Program-made: the position numbers and the translations under genes
Notes under the pieces: model-generated
Seen by the model: only the letters and a program-made list of their open reading frames with translations
Database searches by the model: none
What the model was told of the DNA's origin: nothing
Shown here: in pieces, positions 48,615-61,314 of the stretch
How the letters are laid out: each line of letters opens with the position of its first letter
Numbering within the stretch: position 1 is the stretch's first letter
Origin: Mobula hypostoma
Lineage: Eukaryota
Assembly: GCF_963921235.1 (NCBI RefSeq)
Contig: NC_086108.1
Coordinates: 31,436,001-31,500,000, forward strand
Reading direction: 5' to 3'
Length of the DNA: 64,000 nt

Positions 48615-49060
48615 ACAGAGAGTAGGGATAGAAGCGAGAGTAAGTCAGGGAAGGGAAGGCAGTGGGATAGGGAAGGAAGAGACAGAGGAAGGGAAAGGAG
48701 AGACAGAGGGAGGGAAAGAAGAGGTGGAGAGCAAAAAGGGAGAGACAGAGTGGGGAGAGACAGAGGAAGGAAAAGGGGAGACAGAGAGAGGGTGAATGAG
48801 AGATGGAGAGCAGAGAAGGAGAGACAGAGGGATAGATGGTGGGAGGGGAAGGAGAGACAGAGCGGGTGAAGGAGAAATGGAGAACATGAGAAAGAGAGAT
48901 AGAGGTCTGGGGAAGGGGGAAGGGAGACAGAGCAACAGACGGAGGGGGGGAAGGAGAGAGAGAGGGATGGAAAGCGAGGACTGAGAGTAAGGGGGAGCAA
49001 GGGAGGGCAGGGGAAGAAGAGATAAACAGTGGGGGAAGGAGACAGATAGAGACTGAAGGA
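48615..49060. repeat. Polypurine (GA-rich) low-complexity tract inside a SINE
   Basis: Almost entirely G/A on the plus strand; SINE-like sequence on both sides (48560-48615 and 49060-49150). Confidence 0.85.
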
Positions 49061-49149
49061 AATATGTGGGAGGAAACCCATAAGCTCAGAGGGAGAAGAT
49101 ATAAATTGCACACAGACGGCTCAAGAGGTCAGGATCAAACCCAGCTCCA

Positions 49150-51775
49150 TAAGATCATAAGATCATAAGACACAGGAGAAAAAATAGACCAGTCGGCCCA
49201 TCAAGGCTGCTCCGCCATTCCATCGTGGCTGATCTTAGATCCCACTCAACCTCATACACCTGTTTTCTCTCCATATCCTTTAATGCCCTGACTGATCAGG
49301 AAACAATCAACTTCTGCCTTAAATACACCCATAGACTTGGCCTCCACCGCAGTCTGTGGCAAAGCATTCCACAGATTCACTACCCTTTGACTAAAAGAAT
49401 TCCTCCTTCCCTCTGTTCTAAAAGCTCGCCCTCAATTTTGAGGCTGTGCCCTCTTGGTCTGGACACCCCCACCAAAGGAAACATCCACTCCACATCCACC
49501 CTATTTAGTCCTTTTTAGTCTGTTCAGTAGGTTTCAATGAGATCCCCCTGCATTCTTCTAAATTCCAGTGAGTACAGGCCCAAATCTGCCAAATGCTCCT
49601 CATATGTAAACCCCTTCATTCTGGGAATCATCCTTGTGAACCTCCTCTGGACTCTCTCCAATGACAACACATCCTTTCTGATTCATATATGGGGCTAAAA
49701 ACTGTTGACAGTACTCCAAGTGTGGCCTGACAGGTGGCCTTATAAATCCTCGGCATTATCTCCTCGCTTTTATATGCTATTCCCTGTGAAATAAATGGCA
49801 ACATTGCATTTTCCTTCTTTACCACAGAGTCAACCTGTAAATTATCCTCCTGGGAGTCTTGCACGAGGATTCCTAAGTCCCTTTGCACCTCTGTCATTTG
49901 AATTTTCTCACCATCTAAATAAAAGCCTCCACTATTTTTCCATCTGCCACTTTTTTGCCATTCTTCCAATCTGTCTAAGTCCTGCTCAATCACATTGGTT
50001 CCTCAGCACTACCTACCCCTCCACCTTTCTTCATATCATCTGCAAATTTTGCCACTAAGCCATCAGTTCCATTATCTAAATCACTGACAAACAATGTGAA
50101 AAGTAGCAGTCCCAATACTGACCCCTGAGGAACACCACTGGTCACTGGCAGCCAACCAGAAAAGACCCCCTTTATTCCTACTCACTGCCTCCTGTCTGTC
50201 AGACACTCTCTATTTATGTCAGTATCTTTCCTGTAACGCCATAAGATTTTACCTTGTTAAGCAGCCTCCTGTGTGGCACCTTATCAAATGCCTTCTGAAA
50301 ATCCAAGTAAATGACGTCCACTGCCTCTCTTTTGTCCACCCTGCATGTTATTTCCTTGAATAACTCTAACAGATTTGTCTGCAAAGACTTTCCTTTATAG
50401 AGACCATGCGGACTTTAACTTATTTTATCACTGGTCTCCAAGTACCTTGAAACTTCAGGCTTAATAATAGACTCCAACACTTTCCCAACCACTGAGGTTA
50501 AGCTAACTGGCCTATAATTTCCTTCCTTTTGCCTTCCCCCCTTCTTAAAAGGTGGAGTAACATTTGCAAATTTCCAGTCCTTTGGAACCATGCCAGAATC
50601 AAGTGATTCTTGAAAGATCATGACCAATGCATCCATTATCTCTTCAGAAACCACTCTCAGGACTCTGGGATGTAGTCTATCTAGTCCAGGTGACTTATCC
50701 ACTTTTGAGTTTCCCTAGCACTTTTTCCATTGTAATAGCACCTCCTATTTATTCTTTTTAAAACAGAAGAAAACTTTTGGTATCCTGTTTTATATTATTG
50801 GCTAGTTTGCCCTCATATTAAATCTTTTCCCTTCTTATAGCCTTTTTAGTTGCCTTTTGTTGGATTTTAAAAGCTTCTCAGACATCCAACTTTCTACTCA
50901 CTTTTGCTACCTTGTATACCATTAACTTCCCTGGTCAGTCATGGTTGCCTACCCCTGCCGTTTGAGAACTTCCTCTTCTACAGATCATATCCATCCTGTA
51001 CCTTGTGAACTATTCCCAGAAACTTCAACCATCTCTGCTCTGCTGTCATCCCCGCCAGTATCCTCCTCCAATTCTGAGCAAGCTCCTCTCTCATACCTCT
51101 GTAATTCCCTTTATTCCATTCCAATTCTAACACATGTGACTTATGCTTCTCCCTCTCAAATTGCAATGTGAATTCAATCACATTATGATCACTGCCTTCT
51201 AAGGGTTCCTTTATGTTAAACTCCCTAATAAAATCTGGGTTATTACACAACACCCAATCTAAGATGGCCTTTCCCCAAGTAGGCTCAAGCACAAACTGCT
51301 ATAAAAAGCCATCTCATAGGCATTCAACAAATTCTCTCCTTGCAATCTGCCAGCAAACTGTTTTTCCCAATCCCTTGTATATAGAAGTCCTCCATAACAA
51401 TTATGACATTACCCTTATTACATGCCTTTTCCAGTTCACTTTGCAATATCCCAACCCCACATCTAGACTACTATTTGGAGGCATATATATGATTCCCATA
51501 ATGGTTTTTCTCACCTTTGCAGTTTAATACCACCCATAAAGATTTAACTTTCTGACCCTATGTCACCTCTTTCTAAAGATGTAATTCCATCTCTTACCAA
51601 CAGAGCCACGCCACCACCTATGCATTCCTGTCTGACCTTTTGATACAAAGTACATCTTTTGACGTTAAGCTCCCAACTATGGCCTTCTTCCAGCCACAGC
51701 TCAGTGATGCCCACAACGCCATACCGACCAATCTCTGATTGCACCATGAATTTGTCCGCCTTATTTCAAATACTA
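49150..51775 (-). mobile_element. Degenerate CR1 (APE start to 3' end)
   Basis: YGVVGITELWL, AILDWVLCNNPD, DKSPGLDRLHPRVL, NYRPVSLTSVVGK; (ATAAGATC)n tail at 49149-49170. Confidence 0.9.
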
Positions 51776-52039
51776 CAGGTCGATGAAACTGTGAGGCAGC
51801 ATTCTTATCTGCTATGTTATTGTCCCACTCTTCAAAATCTACACTTCTATTTTAAATAAACCCAAACCATTTTGATGACAAAGTATCTCAAGACCACATG
51901 ATGTTCTGGTGATCATGTCTTGTCCAGAACCCCAAGATGTCCTACAGTCTGAATGAACTAAAAGTGTACACTGGCTGACATCTACTAAGTAAATATTATA
52001 TTGCATTCAACATGCCTAACTATGCCTTGATGAATTTAT

Positions 52040-52630
52040 ATTGAGACCTCCTTCGGTCAGGATCGATCATGGACGTTGTATCCTGGCTGTCTGGATACAC
52101 AAGCCTGGACGGTATAATATGGAGAGCAAGATGTTGCCCACGTAGCAAGTGCCCCCTCTCCATACATCTGATGAACCTAAAGGAGTGGCAGGGACCGATA
52201 CAGTTTAGCATCAACAGCATTGCAAGGGTTGCCAATCAGCAATGAACTCAATGTACGACCGCCTTAGGAAGTCCAGCTCCAGAATTTTCCCTCAAAGTTT
52301 ATTCTTGAAGCTGTCCCTTTGAGTGAGGAAGCGGCAAGGCAGCTGAGGTTTGAGACCTGAGTTTTCCTTCTCCTAGATGACTTGCTAACCATGACTGACA
52401 AGCCACATCTGCCCAAAGTGACTGGTTTTAAAGCGCCAGTAACCCATCTTTGCCCCTTCTCCTGTCAGTAGAAACAGTTCCACTGGGCTTAGTAGCTAAG
52501 CCACATGTGAAGGCCATGAGCTGTCCTTGGTTGTCAGAGACTATTTAAGATGCATGCCATTGCAAGAATTTAATAGGTAATAGCAGCTTCTCTCCATTAC
52601 CACCCCTGGCTATAACAGACTTAAGGAACC
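52040..52630 (-). mobile_element. RTE-like non-autonomous element
   Basis: Minus strand shares CATCTAGGAGAAGGAAAACTC...TCAAACCTC.GCTGCCTTGC and GGAGCTGGA..CCTAAGGC with 22518-22930. Confidence 0.6.
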
Positions 52631-53234
52631 ACTCAAGTTACATGACGTATTTTCTAACTGACATGTTTCATCAACAACTTTGCTTTTATGGAAGTGTGTT
52701 TGCAATATGGAGCAAGAGATGCACAGAAATTCATTCTGCATTATCCTACAACAACCTTCTCTTCAGACCTACACTTTACCTCTGCACTTAGCATTGTGCT
52801 GTACTTCCCCACCTCCCCATCTGAAAAGAAAATAAAATAGGTACATGACACATTACAAGTACAAATTTATTATCAGATTTTCAACCTCCACAGAAACCTC
52901 CAGAATGAAACACAGCCCGTTGTTGGTAGGTACTTTCAGAGACAAGAAATGCCCCAACAATCAAAGAAATTAAAGTAATATTGTGATAAACCACTGGGGA
53001 AAAACCTGAGAAGGAGATCCCAGTTAAACTAGTAATGTAACTTAATAATTTTCATTTCCTCTCTGACAGGTTGTGGAAGGCCTCACTAAAGAGGACTTCT
53101 AAAGAAATATTAAATTTATTTTTGTAACCAATGGCAGCCAATAACGCTAAAGCCTCTAATTTTATTCAAATATCATGAAGTAACTTCTCTAACACAGCAT
53201 TCAGAAAGTCACTTGTTTCACAAAAAGTGCTCCT

Positions 53235-53930
53235 TTTTCTTACTTCCATGGCCTTCTGTCTCTTTCACCAATCGACTTCTCAGCTCTTTCCTCCCCCTCC
53301 AGGTTTCACCTATCACCTGGTGGTTCTCTCTCCCCTACACCTCCACCCCCCCCCACCCAATTTTTAAATCTATTCCTCAGCGTTTTTCTTTCTCCAGTCC
53401 TGTCAAAGGGTTTTGGCCCGAAACATCAACTGTACCTTTTTTTTCAATAGATGCTACCTGACCTGCTGAGTTCCTCCAATATTTTGCGTGTGTTACTCCA
53501 ATGAGGAGGGATTATAGACAGATGGAGAAGAGGTGACTGGAAATTGTAACAGAAGCTGGGAGGTGAAAGACGGAGGAGACAAAGGGCTGCAGCTGATGGA
53601 ATCAGATAAGAAATCAATATGCAGCATGGAACCAATGAAGGGAAGTGGGTGAGTAGTGGGGGGACAACAAAGGTACTGTGTGGACAGATGAAGTGGGAGG
53701 AGGAGAGGAAAGAAATAATATGATAAGTGGGCTGGACTGACTGTAGGAAAACTGTGCTGATCGGGAGGGTAGTGAAAGGAACTTAGGGTCCAAAAATGAA
53801 GTATTTGTTTTCCTACCATTGGTTTGTGCATACCCTGGTTGAAGATGAGATGCTGTTCCTTTATTTTGTATAGACATTTCGTTGAGGGAATGGGGAGGAA
53901 AATTAAAATGACTAGCAACCAGGAACTCCT
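53235..53930. mobile_element. Two Penelope-like 3' ends, tail to tail (plus 53235-53498, minus 53500-53930)
   Basis: The plus copy ends with a hammerhead-like motif and ATAGATGCTACCTGACCTGCTGAGTTCCTCC; the minus copy encodes KIKEQHLIF. Confidence 0.7.
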
Positions 53931-55348
53931 AGCCACCCACAGCTGTTTCTCACTGTTTTGTTTGCTAAATTTCATATGCCAGATTTAATGCTGGAAAGCA
54001 ACTGGAAAGCTTTCGAAAGCAACTTTGGTCAGTTGAGTCCAAGAGCAAGTAGGTGGATTAGACAGGAGGGAGTGAGTTAGACAGCAAGCAGTAATGGATT
54101 GGGCAAGGACAAGCTTGGCCAGAGGCCACCATGATTTAGATTGTGAGAACCAGTGGCAAATTAATGAGCTCAGTTTAAACAGATAGTAGAGCAAAGCACA
54201 ATTCATACAACTGCAGCCACTCCACAGATGTCAATGCTCCAATACCATGATATTATCCAGGTAGGTTCAATGAATCAAAGATCCTCTTCAGGAAACTATG
54301 AATCTCATCCTGCTATATTTTATGTTTTCCAGTAAGGGGCGCTTCACATTTCAAAAATCATTGCATAAACCTTCCTAGTGGTGTCAGTAGTGGTAAATTA
54401 TTCAACACTAAGCTGTATATCAGCACGGCAATGATAAAACCTATACAGTTCAGAGGAACAAAAACTAGTTCTGGAAAGGAACAAGAAGAACTGAACTATG
54501 GTGTGCAGGTGTCATCATGGAGAATGCTTAACCTCTGTGGTTCCTGAGCAACTCTTCAGAGTTGTTCTGTGGCTACCAGTGCACTTTCTTCGATCTGCTT
54601 CATTAATGTTATATTGTGATTAGGATCATAGAATACCTTTTTTGAAAATGTCCCTCACCCTTTGCAGAAACATACTGGATTGTGGCTATTTGTTACATTA
54701 AATAGTGCATTTTCATCATTGTTTTGTTATAGGTTCTGGAACAGACAAGCCCAATAGGTGGACCACGGGCCAGGTCCAGACCATGAGAACCAAATGTCTG
54801 GACTGGGCTGACCCAATGGCACTTATATGAATGCACCTGTCATAACATGTAAATAAAGCGCGCTGCTCTAATTTATTTTAAACTCATCCCACACCGTACA
54901 CTTGACCTACGCCTCCGTAGAGCGCATGACCTACTGCGCGCTCTCTACAGTCCTCGACTAGACAGCAGCATGCACCAGCTACCCGCCTGTCATCTGAGAA
55001 GTGAATCTGTCATCTAAAAACAAATCTGTTATCTAAGTGAACTGTTACCAGCAGTAAGTCACGGACCCTAAACCAAGAACAATGTGGCCTGCGCAAAAAA
55101 GCGCAAAGTCCACCAGGAAAACCGTCAGTTCAAATCTGACTGGACTGATCAGTTTTATTTTATTTTACCGGACCATGCCAATGCTAAACCAACATGCTTA
55201 ATATGCATGCAGTCCGTAACTGTCTGCAAATCAGAAAATCTAAAGCGGCACTTCAACACTATGCATGCTGCCAGTTTTAATGCCAACTACCCTGCAAAAT
55301 GAGATCAACGCAAACAAAAGATTGCAAATATGATAACATCACACAAGC

Positions 55349-56909
55349 GTAAACATGAGGAATTCTGCAGATGCTGGAAATTCAAGCAACACACATAAAA
55401 GTTGCTGGTGAACGCAGCAGGCCAGGCAGCATCTCTAGGAAGAGGTACAGTCGACATTTCGGACCGATACCCTTCGTCAAGAGAACTGAAGGAAGAGCTA
55501 GTAAGAGATTTGAAAGTGGGAGGGGGAGGGGGAGATCCAAAATAATAGGGGAAGACAGGAGGGGGAGGGATGGAGCCAAGAGCTGGACAGGTGATTGGCA
55601 AAAGGGATACGAGAGGATCATGGGACAGGAGGCCCAGGGAGAAAGAAAAGGGGGGGGGAACCCAGAGGATGGGCAAGGGGTATAATCAGAGGGACAGAGG
55701 GAGAAAAAGGAGTGAGAGAGAGATAGAATGTGTGTTTATAAATAAATAACAGATGGGGTACGAGGGGGAGGTGGGGCATTAGCGGAAGTTAGAGAAGTCA
55801 ATGTTCATGCCATCAGGTTGGAGGCTACCCAGACGGAATATAAGGTGTTGTTCCTCCAACCTGAGTGTGGCTTCATCTTTACAGTAGAGGAGGCCGTGAA
55901 TAGACGTATCAGAATGGGAATGGGATGTAGAATTAAAATGTGTGATCACTGGGGGATCCTGCTTTCTCTGGCGGACAGAGCGTAGGTGTTCAGCAAAATG
56001 ATCTCCCAGTCTGCGTCGGGTCTCGCCAATATATAGAAGGCCACATCGGGAGCACCGGACACAGTATATCACCCCAGCCGACTCACAGATGAAGTGTCGC
56101 CTCACCTGGAAGGACTGTCTGGGGCCCTGAATGGTGGTGAGGGAGGAAGTGTAAGGGCATGTTTAGCACTTGTTCCTCTTACAAGGACAAGTGCCAGGAG
56201 GGAGATCAGTGGGGAGGGATGGGGGGGACGAATGGACAAGGGAGTTACGTAGGGAGCAATTCCTGCGGAAAGCGGGGGGGGGAGGGAAAGATGTGCTTAG
56301 TGGTAGGATCCCGTTGGAGGTGGCGGAAGTTACGGAGAATAATATGTTGGACCTGGAGGCTGGTGGGGTGGTAGGTGAGGACCAGAGGAACCCTATTCCT
56401 AGTGGGGTGGCGGGAGGATGGAGTGAGAGCAGATGTACGTGAAATGGGGGAGATGCGTTTGAGAACAGAGTTGATGGTGGAGGAAGGGAAGCCCCTTTCT
56501 TTAAAAAAGGAGGACATCTCCCTCGTCCTGGAATGAAAAGCCTCATCCTGAGAGCAGATGCGGCGGAGACAGAGGAATTGTGAGAAGGGGATGGCATTTT
56601 TGCAAGAGACAGGGTGAGAAAAGGAATTGTCCAGATAGCTGTGAGATTCAGTAGGCTTATAGTAGACATCAGTAGATAAGCTGTCTCCAGAGATAGAGAC
56701 AGAAAGATCTAGAAAGAGGAGGGAGGTGTCGGAAATGGACCAGGTAAACTTGAGGGCAGGGTGAAAGTTGGAGGCAAAGTTAATGAAGTCAACGAGCTCG
56801 GCATGCGTGCAGGAAGCAGCGCCAATGCAGTCGTCGATGTAGCAAAGGAAAAGTGGGGGACAGATACCAGAATAGGTTTGGAACATAGATTGTTCCACAA
56901 AGCCAACAA
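55349..56909 (-). mobile_element. 5'-truncated Penelope-like element nested in the hAT transposase
   Basis: GIY-YIG ORF 55779-56105 (GVIYCVRCSRCGLLYIGETRRRLGDHFAEH); RT ORF 56245-56898 (LFLCYIDDCI); TSD AACATCA(C/T)ACAAGC at 55335-55348 and 56910-56923. Confidence 0.95.
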
Positions 56910-57297
56910 AACATCATACAAGCACTCCGTTTCTACTATCTGTAAGTCAACATCTGCACAAGAGAGTGCAACAGCTACATCATTGCATGTGTCAGGGAAT
57001 CTTGCCAAATCTAAGAAGCGATTCGCTGATGCCGAGTTGACTAAAACGTGTGCAATTGACATGGTTGGTGAAGTTTTAAGTCATGATAAGAAAACCAAGA
57101 AAATGGTTGTGGAGCTATTAAAGACAGTTCTTTGAGAAGAATGGCTTGGATATGAGCAAAATTGTGTCCGTTGTCACCAGTGGGGCTCGGTCGATGGTGG
57201 GACAACACAAGGGCTTGATAAGCAGGTTTGCTGCTTTTAACCCAGCACTCTTGGCATTTCATTGCATTATTCACAAATCAGTGTTGTACGCTAAACT

Positions 57298-58287
57298 GTG
57301 TGGGAAATGAAAGAGGCGATGGATACTGTGAAGAGACTGGTAAATTTTGTTCGTGAAAGTTCTAGTCTGCAATATCGCCTTTTCAGAGCATTGCTGGAGG
57401 AAATGTCAACAGAACACAAAGATCTTTTGCTGCATAATGATGTTCACTGGCTGAGCAAAGGCTATGTGTTGGAGAGGGTGTGCGACCTGCGCAATGAGCT
57501 TGTGTCATTTTTATCCAGCCTGCAGAACCGAAAAGCCCAAGGATTTAAGAGGTTTTTAAGTGACAACAAGGTGATGGCACATGTTCTTTTTTTGTGTGAC
57601 ATCATGTCTCATCTAAATCAACTTAATCTGCAATTACAAGGAAACAACCACACTGTTGCGGAGAGGTACGAGGCGATTGAAGCTTTCCAGTCAAAGCTGA
57701 ACCTTTTGGAGAGAGACATTCACGGGAGAAAGTTGCACTTTCCACGTCTGTGGGAGTATTGCAAGAAGAGCGAAATGCAGGAGGATCCAGTGATGAAGGA
57801 TTTCGTGACGAGCCTGGCAGAAAACTTCAGGGAACGATTTGAAAGCTCCCCTAAACTCTCAGGTGACATCCTCCTCTTCCTGAGACAGCCATTCTCCGTT
57901 TCGGCTGACGGTCAGTGGACTGCCGAGGCCAAAAGGCTGGTGCCTTCCATAGATGAGGCAACTCTTCAGATGGAGGTCTTGGAAATGGGAACATCTGATT
58001 TGCTGAAAGCACAACACAAGGACGTTGGGGTGAGTGACTTCTGGATCAACGTCGTTCCCCAAGCTCAATTCAAAAACACGAGAGCTATTGCAATGCTCCT
58101 ACTCACACTGTTCCCCTCCACGTACATGTGTGAGTCATCGTTTTCTTCAATGAACTCTATCAAGAAGCAGGACAGAAACAGACTCTCCAATGCACATTTT
58201 GCCCAGTGCCTCAGGATTGCCACAACAGACTACAGGCCCGACATCAAAAGGATTGCCTCATCACGTCGCTGTCACTTCTGTGACTGA
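57298..58287 (+). pseudogene. C-terminal half of hAT transposase (329-codon open stretch)
   Basis: LLLHNDVHWLSKG, LNQLNLQLQG, dimerisation-domain FPSTYMCESSFSSMNSIK..RNRL. The upstream part is disrupted by a stop, an insertion and a deletion. Confidence 0.85.
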
Positions 58288-58713
58288 TTGGAGAGTGAAT
58301 CAATTTATTTTTGTCCATTTGTCAATCTTATTGTGGTATAATACTATTGCAACAGCGATAATACTGATAATTTCATTTACAGCTACACTTCATACTTCAA
58401 ATGCTACATAGCTTAATTAAAAAGAACAAATAGATCAAATGAGAGAACAGAAACAGTGGAAAAGGCAGTACTACTAAAACTCTGTGTGGAAGAGAAGTGT
58501 TCTTTGTGTGGAACAGAAGTGGTAAAGACTACCATGTTTACTCTGTGTGTGAGTGTCTATTTCAAGTCCTAGATGAGTTCTCAATGCAGCTGACAGTTGT
58601 GATAGCTAGAGTCATAATTAAATGGCTGGTTTTGGACTTATTTTGTTTCAAGAGTGCATTTTTTTTTATCTTGTGTGACCTACAACACAGGCTTTGAGAA
58701 TCCCAGGCCTAAA

Positions 58714-58805
58714 TTATTACTACTACCACTACTACTACTACTACTACTACTAATAATAATAATAATAATAATAATAGTAATAATGGTAATAGCAGCAACA
58801 ACAAC
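58714..58805. repeat. Compound (TAC)n(TAA)n(CAA)n microsatellite
   Basis: Seen directly, inside the hAT 3' subterminal region. Confidence 0.95.
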
Positions 58806-58925
58806 ATCTGCCCATAAAACAACTTACTGGCACAAAGAAAACAAACCCTGGACGTTTTGGCCCTTGGCTTGGCATGCTTGACATAATTTGGGCCTTGTGG
58901 AAAACTAGTTAGGGAACCCTGTACT

Positions 58926-59806
58926 AGAAATAGAACATAGAATATTATAACACAGTACCAACCCTTTAGCCCATGTTGTTGTGCCAACATTTAATCTAAT
59001 CTAAGATCAAACTAACCCTTTCCTACCTACATAGTCCTCAATTTTTTCTATCATTCATGTACCTATCTAAGAGTTCCTTAAATGCCCCCAATGTGCCTCT
59101 ACCAGCACCTCCGGTAGTATGTTCCATACACCCACCCCACTCTGTATAAAAAACCATACCTCTGACATCCTCAAATCACCTTAAAATTATGCCTCCTCAT
59201 TTCTGCCCCGGGAAATAGACTCTAGCTATCCACTCAATTTATGCCTCTTATCACCTTGTACACCCTATCAACTCACGTCTCATCCTCCTTCAGTTCAAAG
59301 AGAAAAGCCCTAGCTCTCACAAGCTATCCTCATAAGACATACTCTCTATCCAGACAGCATCCTGGTAAATCTCCTCTGCACCTCTCTAAAGCTTGCACGT
59401 CCTCCCTATAATATGGTGACCAGAACTGAACACAATATTCCAAGTGTGGTCTAACTGGAGTGTTGTAGACCTGCAATATTACCTCCTCATACTTCTTGAA
59501 CTCGATCCCCCCAAGTAATGAAGACCAACACACCATACACCTTGTACCCTATCAACTTTGAGGGATCTATGGATGTAGACCCAAAGATCTTTCTGTCCCT
59601 GCACACTTCTAAGAATCCTACCATTAACCCTGTATTGTGTCTTCAAATTCAACCATTCAAAGTGAATCACTTCACACTTTTCTGGGTTGAACTCCCAACT
59701 GCCACTGTACCGCAGAGCTCGATATTCTGTGAATGACCCATTGTAACCTTCAACAACCTTGAACACCACCCACAACACCACCAACCTTCGTGTCATCTGC
59801 AAATTC
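58926..59806 (-). mobile_element. CR1 3' fragment
   Basis: VRPHLEYCVQFWSPYYREDV; EFNPEKCEVIHF. Confidence 0.85.
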
Positions 59807-61314
59807 ACTGTGTTACTTCACTCTCAGATGAGCTAAATACCTTGCATGTACATTTAAAAGGAAGGATAAAACTACAATGTATGTAACCCTGTCATCTCTG
59901 TTTCATAGGCCGACATTAGGATATCTTCCATGAGGATGAACCTTCGCAGAGTGCTAGGCCCTGATTGTGTACCTGGAAGAGGACTAAAAATCGATGTCAA
60001 TCATCTGGTGGGAGTGTTCAAGAACACCTTCAATCTCTCAGTGCCGAAGTCAGAGATTCCCACCTGGTTCAAAAGGGCGATAATCTTATGTGCCCAAGAA
60101 CAACAGGGTAAGCTGTCTCAACGACTATCACAAAATTGCACTCGTATTTACTGTGATAAAGTGCTTTGAGAGGTTGGTCATGGCCAAAATCAATATCCTG
60201 TCTAAGCAAAAATCTGTACCCACTGCAATTTGCCTATCGTCATAATTGGTCTACAGTGAATGCAGTCTCACTGGCTCTCCAGCTGGCCTTGGATCAATGG
60301 GACAATAGCATCAGGCTGGCGTCTATTTTTCAGAAGACCTTTGACAAGGTGCCACATGTAAGGCTGCTTAACAAGACAAGAGCCCATGGTATTACGGGAA
60401 AGATACTGGCATGGTTAGAGCATCGGCTGATTGGTAGAAGGCAAAGAGTGGGCATGAAAGGAGCCTTTTCTGATTGGCTGCCGGTGACCAGCAATTTTCC
60501 GCAGGAGTTAGTGTTGGGATCGCTTCTTTTTACGTTATGTGTCAATGATTTGAATGACAGAATTGATGGCTTTGTGGCCAAGATTTCAGTTGATATGAAT
60601 ATAGGTGGAGGGGCATATAGTGTTGAGAAAGCATGGAGTCTCCAGACGACTTAGACAGATTAGGAGAATAGGCGAAGAAGTGGCAAATGGAATATAGTGT
60701 TGGGACGTGTATGATCATGCACCTCGGTAAAAGAAGAGCGGCAGGGACTATTTTCTAAATTTGGAGAAAATTCAAAAAATCTGAGGTGCAAAGGGACTTG
60801 TGAGCTCTTGCGCAGGATTCCCTAAAGGTTAATTTACAGGTTGAGTGGGTGGTGAGAAAAGTAAATGCACCATTATCATTCAACATCCCTGAAGTTCTAC
60901 CCTGGGCCCAGAATATTGATGTAATGACAAAGAAGGCATGGCAGAAGGCTACATTTCATTAGGAGTTTGAGGAGACTTGTTATGTCAGCAAAAACTCTCA
61001 CATATTTCTACAGATGTACCACTCTAATTGGTTCCACATCACCATCTGGTACGGGGGGGGCCCACTGCAGAAAGTTGCAAACTCAGCTCGCTGCATCACA
61101 TGCACCAGCCTCCCAGCATAGTGAAAATCTTCTAAAGGTGATGCATCACAAAAGCAGCATCGGCCATTAAGGACCTCATCACCCAGGACGTGCCCTCTTC
61201 TCATTGTTAACGTCAAGGATGCGGTACAAGAGCCTGAAGACATACACACAGCATTTTATGAAAAGCTTCTTCCCCTCCACCATCAAAATTTTTGAAAGGA
61301 CAGTGAATCCATGC
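59807..61314 (+). mobile_element. Rex1/Babar-type LINE remnants interrupted by a CR1 RT fragment (60320-60870)
   Basis: [23 protein letters not shown] and FFPSTIK (Rex); FQKTFDKVPHVRLL (CR1). Confidence 0.75.

Larger units (their letters stand above)
54742..58921 (+). mobile_element. hAT (Charlie/SPIN, GTF2IRD2/EPM2AIP1-like) transposon fossil with both ends
   Basis: 8-bp flanks TTCTGGAA (54734-54741) and TACTAGAA (58922-58929), consistent with an NTCTAGAN target; termini CAG...CTG; transposase pieces KKRKV..ENRQF..PTCLIC..NLKRHF, FHCIIH, VHWLSKG, FPSTYMCESSFS. Confidence 0.88.

Noticed and set aside
48568..49113. Overlapping E/G/R-rich and L/S/P-rich ORFs
   Set aside because: Artefacts of a polypurine low-complexity tract.
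57298..58287. Host gene such as GTF2IRD2, EPM2AIP1 or ZBED
   Set aside because: It lies between transposon termini with a TSD, and the N-terminal half has a stop, an insertion and a deletion.
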